This document shows, piece by piece, positions 39,176 through 50,574 of a stretch of 64,000 bases of DNA (positions are counted from its first letter, which is position 1; each line of letters starts with the position of its first letter). Location of the stretch: NCBI RefSeq assembly GCF_036971445.1, contig NC_091480.1, positions 85,684,001 through 85,748,000 on the forward strand, given 5' to 3'. Under the pieces are notes generated by a model. That model did not search any database, had not been told where the DNA came from, and was given only the letters and a program-made list of their open reading frames with translations. This DNA is from Narcine bancroftii. Taxonomy: Eukaryota. The position numbers were made by a program, and so were the translations under genes.

Positions 39176-40909
39176 GGATGCGGGCTGCTTGGCGGATGCG
39201 GGCTGCTTGGCGGATGCGGGCTGCTTGGCGGATGCGGGCTGCTTGGCGGATGCGGGCTGCTTGGCGGATGCGGGCTGCTTGGCGGATGCGGGCTGCTTGG
39301 CGGATGCGGGCTGCTTGGCGGATGCGGGCTGCTTGGCGGATGCGGGCTGCTTGGCGGATGCGGGCTGCTTGGCGGATGCGGGCTGCTTGGCGGATGCGGG
39401 CTGCTTGGCGGATGCGGGCTGCTTGGCGGATGCGGGCTGCTTGGCGGATGCGGGCTGCTTGGCGGATGCGGGCTGCTTGGCGGATGCGGGCTGCTTGGCG
39501 GATGCGGGCTGCTTGGCGGATGCGGGCTGCTTGGCGGATGCGGGCTGCTTGGCGGATGCGGGCTGCTTGGCGGATGCGGGCTGCTTGGCGGATGCGGGCT
39601 GCTTGGCGGATGCGGGCTGCTTGGCGGATGCGGGCTGCTTGGCGGATGCGGGCTGCTTGGCGGATGCGGGCTGCTTGGCGGATGCGGGCTGCTTGGCGGA
39701 TGCGGGCTGCTTGGCGGATGCGGGCTGCTTGGCGGATGCGGGCTGCTTGGCGGATGCGGGCTGCTTGGCGGATGCGGGCTGCTTGGCGGATGCGGGCTGC
39801 TTGGCGGATGCGGGCTGCTTGGCGGATGCGGGCTGCTTGGCGGATGCGGGCTGCTTGGCGGATGCGGGCTGCTTGGCGGATGCGGGCTGCTTGGCGGATG
39901 CGGGCTGCTTGGCGGATGCGGGCTGCTTGGCGGATGCGGGCTGCTTGGCGGATGCGGGCTGCTTGGCGGATGCGGGCTGCTTGGCGGATGCGGGCTGCTT
40001 GGCGGATGCGGGCTGCTTGGCGGATGCGGGCTGCTTGGCGGATGCGGGCTGCTTGGCGGATGCGGGCTGCTTGGCGGATGCGGGCTGCTTGGCGGATGCG
40101 GGCTGCTTGGCGGATGCGGGCTGCTTGGCGGATGCGGGCTGCTTGGCGGATGCGGGCTGCTTGGCGGATGCGGGCTGCTTGGCGGATGCGGGCTGCTTGG
40201 CGGATGCGGGCTGCTTGGCGGATGCGGGCTGCTTGGCGGATGCGGGCTGCTTGGCGGATGCGGGCTGCTTGGCGGATGCGGGCTGCTTGGCGGATGCGGG
40301 CTGCTTGGCGGATGCGGGCTGCTTGGCGGATGCGGGCTGCTTGGCGGATGCGGGCTGCTTGGCGGATGCGGGCTGCTTGGCGGATGCGGGCTGCTTGGCG
40401 GATGCGGGCTGCTTGGCGGATGCGGGCTGCTTGGCGGATGCGGGCTGCTTGGCGGATGCGGGCTGCTTGGCGGATGCGGGCTGCTTGGCGGATGCGGGCT
40501 GCTTGGCGGATGCGGGCTGCTTGGCGGATGCGGGCTGCTTGGCGGATGCGGGCTGCTTGGCGGATGCGGGCTGCTTGGCGGATGCGGGCTGCTTGGCGGA
40601 TGCGGGCTGCTTGGCGGATGCGGGCTGCTTGGCGGATGCGGGCTGCTTGGCGGATGCGGGCTGCTTGGCGGATGCGGGCTGCTTGGCGGATGCGGGCTGC
40701 TTGGCGGATGCGGGCTGCTTGGCGGATGCGGGCTGCTTGGCGGATGCGGGCTGCTTGGCGGATGCGGGCTGCTTGGCGGATGCGGGCTGCTTGGCGGATG
40801 CGGGCTGCTTGGCGGATGCGGGCTGCTTGGCGGATGCGGGCTGCTTGGCGGATGCGGGCTGCTTGGCGGATGCGGGCTGCTTGGCGGATGCGGGCTGCTT
40901 GGCGGATGC
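39176..40909 (+). repeat. 18-bp minisatellite (GGATGCGGGCTGCTTGGC)n, ~96 copies, in RAB18 intron 5
   Basis: 1734 bp with no visible variant unit; source of the 581-608 aa repeat ORFs in the track. Confidence 0.99.
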
Positions 40910-41135
40910 AACAAAATAAGTGATGACCTTGGAGTCCCACTCATTCTTTCAATTTGTAAATTAGAACACAACTATTCTAGTTAATTAGGTTTACTACATT
41001 TTCCACTCAGCAATTTTTTTTGTCTTGGCCATTCCCTTAGGGTTGAGGAATGCATACATTCTTAATACAGCCATGTTGCCATCCTGCACCCATAACAAAC
41101 ACTGAAAAATTATTTTAAAATGTGTGTTTCCTTAG

Positions 41136-41202
41136 CAAAATCGTGAAGTTGACCGAAATGAAGGACTAAGATTTGCCAGAAAACATTCAATGCTTTTTAT
41201 AG
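41136..41202 (+). CDS. RAB18: RAB18-like exon 6
   Basis: ccttAG...GTAAG; 67 bp; QNREVDRNEGLRFARKHSMLFI. Confidence 0.97.
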
Positions 41203-42529
41203 GTAAGTGTGACATCTTTGGGCAGTTGCTTTTTTTTAAGTTCTATTTTTTTTTTCAAATATACTCTTGGCCATTAAGCCCAAAGCTGGAAGAACTGGTG
41301 TCATTTCTGACGACAACCATTCAAGTGGATATGATAGTAACAAATGTGCATTATATGTTATTTCTGAAATGTGGTTCCATTGAAGGCAGTGCAATTGAAT
41401 ATTGGAGGTAAGCAATACACAAAAGTGCTGGAAAAACTCAGCTGGACCTGCCCTCAGCCCTTTGATCAGGCGCTTCCTGTGAATTCTGCAGGATCTGCTG
41501 ATTATCATCCGCACTTGGGTGTATTAACTACTAATCACAGCATCTAAAGACTTTCTTGTTTCACTGCATTGAGGTAAGCAACAACTTTCATATGTTACTA
41601 TATTGTGTCTCCATATCAGGTGGAGATTGAATTCCGGTAAAAATGAATGACTATGAGACGAATACCTGCTGTATTAAAGATCAGGGAAGAGTTTTTGGGT
41701 TCACCTTTTATTTGTCACTTGGACAAGAATGTCAAGTTTAGCTGAGGGGAGCCTATCAATATCTACTGCTTTCCCGAATTAACGTTTTGTTTTCTTTTCA
41801 AAGAATAAGTGAACAATTTGCAGGGTTGGCTGGTAACCTGGATGGGTCAGACTTGATAGGCTATATGGTTTGTCTTTGCACGTGTCTGATCATTCCGCCA
41901 TGAGTGAAATGATGGGAAAAAGCCTACAGTCCTGATGTTAATAAAGACACAAGGCTGGACAAACTCAGCAGGTCAAACAGTATCCTTTATATAGCAAAGG
42001 TTAAAAAATACATAACCGACGTTTTTGGCTTGAGCCCTTCTTGGGGGAAAAAATGTCAGCAGGTGTCCAAATAAAATATTGCCTCCTGCTTTTGAGACCA
42101 TTGATCAAGAGATCCCTCCTCCCCTTGCTCGCAACTGTCCCCTCTCTCCCTTGTCCACTTATTTCCTCCTGCCTTTGGTCCTGATATTAATTTCTCAGGA
42201 CATTTTTTTGTTAAATGTGGCCATTGCAGGTTTAGCTAAAATTTCCTGCCCATCCCTAGTTCCTTTTGACAAGATGGCTTACTGGGCTATTTTGAAGAGC
42301 ATTGATTGGTTGAAGTCACACTGGGTAAGAGTGACAACTTCCTTTCATGAGTGTTTGATGACAAATCAGACATCAATATTGACGCTAACCTTCTGTCCTA
42401 ATTTGTTAAATTGGTAGCTTCAATTTCACAGTTGCTGTGGTAAGATTTGAACCAGTATCTTGAGGATATCAGTTGAGGCTTTTGGATTTATGATGTGCCC
42501 TTAACCTTTTGCTCTATTTTTACGCACAG

Positions 42530-42699
42530 AGGCCAGTGCTAAAACCTGTGATGGAGTCACTTGTGCATTTGAGGAAGTGGTGGAAAAAATAATCCAAACC
42601 CCTGGACTCTGGGAAGCTGAGAATCCTAAAGCTGTAAAATTATCTGACTTTGGGTCCAATCAGGATGGAGCATGTGGCGGCTACTGTTCCCTATTATAA
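42530..42699 (+). CDS. RAB18: RAB18-like exon 7, terminal
   Basis: cacAG acceptor; EASAKTCDGVTCAFEEVVEKIIQTPGLWEAENPKAVKLSDFGSNQDGACGGYCSLL then TAA; SAK motif and CAAX prenylation end. Total CDS 615 nt (204 aa). Confidence 0.97.
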
Positions 42700-43778
42700 A
42701 TGAATTGGAAATGACCATGTCTGAATTTGGTTACTGTCAACACCATTGCTTCAGCTCTGCTGGGAGCACAAAAAGCTGCAGTCAGCTTGAACCTTGGACA
42801 CTACGAAGATATGAGAGAAGTACTCTGCCTTAGTGAGTCCATTCTCATTTTTGTTATGGATATAATGCCAGTCTGAGAGACTTTGATATTGTCCCACCTT
42901 AATTTTCTGGCCTTAAATTCTCAATGACATGTTATGTAATTTTTGATGGTTTCGACTATGCATTTTGATCTACAAACAGTACAAAAAATGAAAGGTTATG
43001 TTGTAGTATAATTGTCTCAATTGTGGAAATCAACTGTGTAAACTGATGAAATTTAATACATTTCCATTAGTTTTTTTTTACCCCTAATAATGGGACCAGA
43101 ACAACTGATTTTGTAGTTTCACCTGCGTCTGCTGCCTCATTGAATATGAAGTCAGGCAGCTCTTGGACGTTTGATCTCCTGACGTTTTATTGTTGCCTGA
43201 TGATGCGGGATACATTGCAGTTTTGATCACTGAGGAGTTTTTGGTCTGATAAGAATCTAATCCTGGAGCTTTGACGTATCATTCTGTCCCTCCCCTTTAA
43301 CATTACAAAGTCTTGCCTAAAGTTTTGGTTTTGTGCAATAGCATCTTTTAGTGCCATTGGTATGTTATTTAGTTCATTGTATTCTCACTTGTTACTAAGG
43401 CTAATAATTATTGTAGAATATTTCTTCTAGGGGCTGCATTGAAAGTATGACTTCTTTACAAGTAATGGTGTATGTTGTGATCTTCAGTGTTTGCATGGGG
43501 TAACTGATTTTTGCATTGGTTTGTTTGCAGTATTAATTTTAATTGAAGGGAGTGGGGTGGGGGGAGGGGGGGGGTTGTGAAATGGCACCAGACTAATCTT
43601 CAAACTTCTTACGATGACGTGAGCGATCCATAAATATCTACACATCCAGTACTCTTCAAGACGAGTTTCATTTCTATTTTAAATTGCACAATTTGTAAGC
43701 GAAGAGTAATTATTTATTGTGTTTTTTCCAAATGATCTAACACTTGTTTGTATTTGCAAACTATTTTCTAGAATGGGA

Positions 43779-43784
43779 AATAAA
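43779..43784 (+). terminator. Candidate polyadenylation signal of the RAB18-like 3'UTR
   Basis: AATAAA after ~1.1 kb of AU-rich unique sequence; alternatives ATTAAA near 43876 and AATAAA near 44596. Confidence 0.4.
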
Positions 43785-45949
43785 TTGATGATTGTTCTAC
43801 GAAATCTTCCAATGTAAGTGTGACTTAACCCACCATTTTTTAAATGTTGTTTCTTGTGCCTTTTGTGCTATAATTATTAAACTGCTTTCTCAAAACTAAG
43901 TAACAAAAGGGTTTTGTTCCTCCTATTTTTTCTTTTCCTGTTCCTGAAGGTGTTGGTTCTTCATCAAGTGTTGGAACATATTTACAGGGGACCCTAATTA
44001 GCTACCTAATCTGTCATTCATTCTGTGAACGAAGATATTAAGACTTGGCCTGCACCAAATTGGGCAGGAAAATGGGACATCTGGTTGGTGAGGTCCAAGT
44101 CACCCTGCCATATTTTGTTTTGAAATAACAAAAATTGAAAATGCTGGAAAAAAACAAATCTTAGCAGGTCAGGTAGCATTTGAGTAAAAAGAAACCATCT
44201 ACCTTCCAGATCAGAACATTTGGAACTTCATTACTACTTTTGTAATGCCTCTACCTTAGCTTACATTCAGCTGGCACAAGCTGGAATCGTATACATGATC
44301 TTCTTTTGGTTTTAATGCAACCCAATGTCCCAAACAGGTGAGCTTCATAGTGGAAATCTTTAATAACTAATATACCAAATTAATGGCTCACCATTTTAAC
44401 TCTATTACTTTTTTTTCCATCGTTCTTGGAGGAATTCATTCTTCTGTGTGATATCAGCCTTCTGTCCAAAACTGGACCTGTGACCTACTCCTGAACTGAA
44501 CGAGACATTTTAAATGGATTGCTTCCAGCGTGTCTTGTATTAAAATGGTCAAAACAACAAAGCATTTTTCGGTCTAAAATGAGTATTTGTCATGCAATAA
44601 AGTGATTTTACCAGTTTATAAAGTAGTACATTTTGCCATTTCTTTTTTGTTTCAATACATGATCTTTTGGGAAATTAAGTTTTCGGCGTTTAGAATAGTT
44701 TGTCCTGACCAGGAGAGATGTTCATGAGCTATATTGTGTTATTTCTTTGGAGTTCCTTCACAAGGCAGTCTTTTCCCAAAAATAACTTTGAATTGTATTT
44801 TCACATTTTTGTAATGCTATTGTTTTAAAAAAAAACATTTCTGATGTGATCAATTTTTCAGATCTTGTTTCTGATTATAATCTGTCTATACAAACTGAAA
44901 TCATTTCTATAGTGAGTCCACTTGCTCCCCTGTTTGCTGTGTAACAGACTTTTTCAACATAGGATATCCATTGAATAGATGGAATTTCCAGATAAATTAA
45001 AAGTTTATTGCATGAACATTTTTTTTAAATCAAGAATTAAGATGTTGGCTTCTACCTTGGGTTTTGCAGGGCAAGTCAAATGTTTATATTAATCTACACA
45101 AAGTGAAGGGAGGAAAGTTTAGGGAGACATCAGGAAAGTTTTTCTTAGAGTTGTGGATGCCTGTGGTGGTGAAGGCTGAAACAATGGGGGCATTTAAAAG
45201 ACTCTTAAGACAGGGGTAAATGAAAGGAAAACCAATAAAGGGATACAAGCTAGGGAGGGCTTCATTTTTTTTGTAGTTGTATATATCTTGGCACAACATC
45301 AAGTACTGAAAGGCCTATACTGTGCTGTAGTGTTTTGTGTTAAACTAAAAAGGAGTTTTTTTTTACTTTTACTGGTTTAATAATAGCTCTCGGCTGTTTA
45401 GCTAACTTGATTGAGCTGACACTTGGCAACAGTCAGTGGAAAAGAGGAGATCCAGGTCAGATTTTGTTCGCTGGATTCTTCTCAATAGTTTGAAATATCG
45501 GGCCATGGTTCCTTCCTGCAGCCAGGCAATGTTGTGGCAGATGCCTTTTCTTCCCCCCCCCCCCACCTCCCCCCCCCCCCCCACCCCCCAGGGCTCCAAA
45601 TTATTCACTCCATAGTGGAAGGGAGCATTTTGTTTTGCTTATTTTTTCTTGCGTGTATCAGTTTATTAAAAAAATATGACTAATTTGCTTCAATACAAAC
45701 TCCTTTTATTACAAATATTTATTAATTCTGTATTTGTATAAAATTTTTGATTCAAAATTGCATTTAAGAGTAAAAAAAAATGTGTAATTTTTTTTCATGT
45801 ATTGTAGCTCTTGAACATATAAAGTTTATGGTTTGTGCCTCTTACCTTAAGCAAGTTTGGCCACCCCTGTCTTGGACCATGAAAACAAGGTGAAAATGAC
45901 ATAAAAGGATGATCAATCAATAAAAAGTAGTTTGAGCGAAGTCAAGTTA

Positions 45950-47000
45950 ACCTGAACAACATTCAGACTCTCACTGAAAGATGCTATGACAGTTGTACCA
46001 AATAACTTCTTTCTGATACAAGAGGCAGTCTGTCACCCAGACTGATGGTTCCTCGGCAATGATGTTCTATGGTTATTAAAGGCTAAGAATCTGGTTATGC
46101 AAACATTGAATTATGAAGGACCGACCAAAGAATGGTTGTGCTGTGACAAGCAACGCCATCAGAAGAACCTGGAGACCTTTCGCACCTGATGGCTACGAAG
46201 ACTTTCAACTTTTGTTTCTGCAAATCACAAGAAATTTAGAATTAAGTAATTAGTTGGATTACCACCTGTCCTGGTTTACAAAATTCACTGGAGCATTTCG
46301 CCAAGGATTTTTCAATGGATTCTCTTAACTTGCCATGAGCAGTAAATGCCACTATTTGCAAAAATCTCTTCTCCAAATTCTGCACCAATTGTGACATAAA
46401 TGTATTGCATTCTTTCTTTGTTAATTGGTCAATATCCTGACGTTACGATGGGATCAAGCCAATCACATTGCAATGGTTCAAGACGATGGTGTACCACTCG
46501 TTCTCCAGGAAAGGCTGGTAGACTTTCATGGAAAAATGTGATAATCCTCACTAGTAAAATAATGCTGGTTTGGCTCACTTCCAACTGATCTTTCTCTGCG
46601 TTCAGTACTTGCTGCATTTAATATTGCTGCATGGCATATGGATTGACTAGCTGGCTTGCATACAAAATGAATTCTATCATGTGGGAACAAACTTGGAAAG
46701 TATGCCAAGATTCTGAAGAGCCTAACAGTCCGATTGTTGTTGAGGGGGAAGAGGTATGATTTAAAAATGCAAATGTCTAGATTTTACTGTAGAAGTTGTG
46801 CTACTCCATCATTAAAATTAGTTCAAAATGGGCTTCGGCCTCTCTCTCACCATTGAGAGACTTCAATATCCTGCGTTCGCTGCTGTGAAGGAACTGATCT
46901 TGTCACTGGAAACCAAATCTTGACACTATAACATCACGTCAGTTCATGATGGCTGCCAGGTTTTACCTCTCTGACATTGAAAATAAACTGCTTATAAATC
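45950..47000 (+). pseudogene. Possible heavily decayed Toll-like-receptor-like coding relic
   Basis: Fragmentary motifs across frames in TLR order: FCTNCDI, C...C, hydrophobic stretch, YD, RDF, ENKLLI; many stops and frameshifts. Confidence 0.2.
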
Positions 47001-47428
47001 ATTATGCCTCAATTCTTTGGGATTAAATTAATTTCTATTTAACCATCAAATTCAAACTTTGTTTAATTTTCATCTTTATCCCCAGGAGTCATTTTGCAGT
47101 AAACTCTAATTTGCTCCATCTCAGACCTTTCCCCCAAATCATCTCGCGCTCCTTCAATGTGACAGGTTAAAAGAGCTGTTCTGCTCCATTCTTGCTTTGG
47201 GCAATTTTCTGTGCATATATTAAAAATCCCAAACCACCTTCAAGGTTCAGCTCAACTGCCAGCATTTATACTGTGTTCAGTGCTTGGTTAAAACAAGTTA
47301 TGGGTTCACATTATCTTTCTCTCTATCTTCCAGTGTGATTGCAATTGTTTTCTATTACATGCCAAGTAGGCAATGTTTTTAAAATAACCTCAGTTATCTG
47401 ATTTGTAATCGGATACCTTCTCTTTATA

Positions 47429-47511
47429 TCTTTGGCTTGGCTTCGCGGATGAAGATTTATGCAGGGGTAATGTCCACGTCAGCTGCAGGCTCATTTGTGG
47501 CTGACAAGTCC
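47429..47511 (-). mobile_element. RTE LINE extreme 3' fragment
   Basis: Reverse complement of the RTE 3' end (TCTTTGGCTTGGCTTCGCGGATGAAG...). Confidence 0.8.
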
Positions 47512-48191
47512 ATATACAGCACAGAACAGGCCAGTTTGGCCCTACTAGTCCATGCCGGAACAAATCCCCACCCTCCTAGTCTCACTGACCAGCACCTGGT
47601 CCATGCCCCTCCAATCCTCTCCCCTCCATGTAATTATCCAGTCTTTCCTTAAATGTAAATAACGTCCTTGCTTCAACCACCTCTGCTGGAAGCTTATTCC
47701 ACATCCCAACCACCCTTTGCGTGAAGAAATTTCCCCTCATAATTTTCCCCCTGCAATCTCAAACCATGGCCTCTGGTTTGAATATCCCCCACTCTTAAAT
47801 TAAAAAAGCCTATCCACGTTGACTCTCTCTGTCCCTTCTTTAAATGAATTGACCATTCTAGCCCAGTATATTGTGACCGAGCCCAGAATAATCTGGTGAA
47901 CTTTACAAACTTTTTTTTAAACTGAGGGGTATTATCAAAATATATTTATGCAAACTTCTCTTGCACTCTTGCAGTGTGGCAACATCATAAATCGGCAGGT
48001 AAATATCAAGGGTGTGTCTGCTCCTTTCTCCAATGTCCATATTATTATGCTGTGATAATTAGAATAGAATTGATCATTAAATCTGCCTTAGAGTTTGCAT
48101 CACCTGTAATCTTTGGGAAGAGATGACCTCTCCTATTTCATAATTTGGCTTGGTTGTATTCATTGACCATAGTGTGGAACTGTGATTTCTA

Positions 48192-48947
48192 TTCATCAGA
48201 TGCAAGGATCGACAACGAGATAGACAACAGACTCGGCAAGGCAAATAGCGTCTTTGGAAGACTACACAAAAGAGTCTGGAAAAACAACCAACTGAAAAAC
48301 CTCACAAAAATAAGCGTATACAGAGCCGTTGTCATACCCACACTCCTGTTCAGCTCCGAATCATGGGTCCTCTACCGGCATCACCTACGGCTCGTAGAAC
48401 GCTTCCACCAGCGTTGTCTCCGCTCCATCCTCAACATTCATTGGAGCGACTTCATCCCTAACATCGAAGTACTCGAGATGGCAGAGGCCGACAGCATCGA
48501 ATCCATGCTGCTGAAGATCCAATTGCGCTGGGTAGGTCACGTCTCCAGAATGGAGGACCATCGCCTTCCCAAGATCGTGTTCTATGGCGAGCTCTCCACT
48601 GGCCACCGTGACAGAGGTGCACCAAAGAAGAGGTACAAGGACTGCCTAAAGAAATCTCTTGGTGCCTGCCACATTGACCACCGCCAGTGGGCTGATATCG
48701 CCTCAAACCGTGCATCTTGGCACCTCACAGTTCGGCGGGCAGCAACCTCCTTTGAAGAAGACCGCAGAGCCCACCTCACTGACAAAAGGCAAAGGAGGAA
48801 AAACCCAACACCCAACCCCAACCCACCAATTTTCCCCTGCAACCGCGTCTGCCTGTCCCGCATCGGACTTGTCAGCCACAAACGAGCCTGCAGCTGACGT
48901 GGACATACCCCTCCATAAATCTTCGTCCGCGAAGCCAAGCCAAAGAA
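48192..48947 (+). mobile_element. RTE-clade LINE, 5'-truncated 3' portion
   Basis: Open frame SSDARIDNEIDNRL...LRWVGHVSRMEDHRLPK...SRIGLVSHKRACS; 3' tail GCCAAGCCAAAGAAA shared with the 56.6-kb copy. Confidence 0.92.
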
Positions 48948-50574
48948 ATTAGTTTTCAATTCATTGGCTCTTTTCGATAATTTTATCTAGTTCATTTTGA
49001 TACTGTAAGTTTCGTGACTCTTTACTGTATGCTGGGGAAGGCGATGGCCAAGCCAAAGAAGATATTGTATGCTAATACCTAACTGCACGTCAATGTAGTT
49101 GCTTAGTTAACAAACCTGTTCTCAAAAATCTGCCTGCAGGTATTATGGCTTGTGGTCTAGATAATGTACAATCCAGAACAATTATCTTCCAACCAATCAT
49201 GTCCTCTTTTCTCGTTTCAAATTGCCACTGAAGTTTTAGTTTTACTGCCCATCTTGGCCAGTTCTGTGAGCTATTGAAATGTTATCATTTTGTAGCTATT
49301 AGAGTAGCCTGACCTCCCATTGGAAGATTGCCCCAAAGACCTCTCCTCACTATTCTTTTCACCGGCCACTCTAATTTGTGTAACCTGCCTTTTTGTTACA
49401 TTTTGCCACGTGCTATTAGAAACCCCTAAGAGTAAATGGAATTAGCTCATGCATGTTATTCATTTAGGATCCCGAATGCACATCCTTGAAATAGCAATCA
49501 TAATGTTTCAGAAGTTTCCTGTTGAGGCAGACAGTAGGTATGCAGGAAGAGTGGGGAGGGGGGGGGGGGCATTTCATAGTTTGTTACACTGCATACACTC
49601 ATTCCATTGTATTACACCCTGCAATTCATTTGCCCTAATGTCTAAAAAAAACCTCACTGAGCTACGCTGTCCTCCCACTATTCTGACTCCCCAATCTTTA
49701 AAATATCTTTAGACATGCATACAGGTCCTTCTGGCTCACAGGCCTATACCACCTAATTGACCTAACGTTTTAAAGGGTGGGAGGTAATGGGAGGAAACGC
49801 ATGCAGACACAGGAAGAACGTATGGAATTCCTTACAAACAGCATGGGATTCAAACCCCAGTCGGGGGCACTGTAACTGCATTGCGCTAACTGTGATGCCG
49901 TTGTCTCCTAATTTTCTGGTTATTTTTGTATGAACGAGCAAACCAAACGTAACAATTAAAGTGTGCTGAACTCGACTGCAGTACCAACAAACGGCCTGTG
50001 ACTTAATCTGATTTTTTTTAAACTTAAGCCCATTGCATGTTGTATTTTAAGTTTAGACATGTATGACAGTAACAGGCCATTTGGCCTGTGCCACCCAATT
50101 AACCTACACCTCCAGTACACTTTTGAACAGTGGGAGGAAACTGGAGCCCCCAGGGAAAACCCACGAAGACATGGGGAGAACGTACAAACTCTTTACAGAC
50201 AGCGCTGGATTCAAACCCCAGTCCTGATGGCTGGCGCTGTAAAGTCGTTGCGCCAACTGCTGCACCAACTGTACCGAATGCAGTTTTGTGTTGCCTTGGA
50301 TTGGTGAATCCTGTGTAAGTATTTTGTTGGCATATTCCACAAATTCATTGTTTTTCTCAGACCAAAAATGGTGATTGTTGATTAATTCTGCATTCTTACT
50401 TTTAATGAATCGTGATCATTTGAAGAAGGGTTTCAGCTGACCTCAACATTGATGGTTTTCACATTGAGAAACAAAATTGCTTGTAGTTTGGAGGTAAACC
50501 AGAATGTGCCAGAAATATTGTACACATTTGGCAGCATCCATGGAGAGAGAAATAGTGCATCAAGTCTCAACTCA

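Noticed and set aside
39176-40909. CRISPR-like array
   Set aside because: No spacers, vertebrate context and no cas genes.
39103-40971. Four 581-608 aa ORFs as protein-coding genes
   Set aside because: They are translations of a stop-free 18-bp tandem repeat inside RAB18 intron 5.
43196-43250. C/D-box snoRNA-like TGATGA...CTGA...CTGA
   Set aside because: Only ~52 nt, no terminal stem, and located in a 3'UTR rather than an intron; likely chance.
48145-48897. 250-aa ORF as a host gene
   Set aside because: It is the C-terminal part of an RTE LINE ORF; the start is fortuitous flanking sequence.
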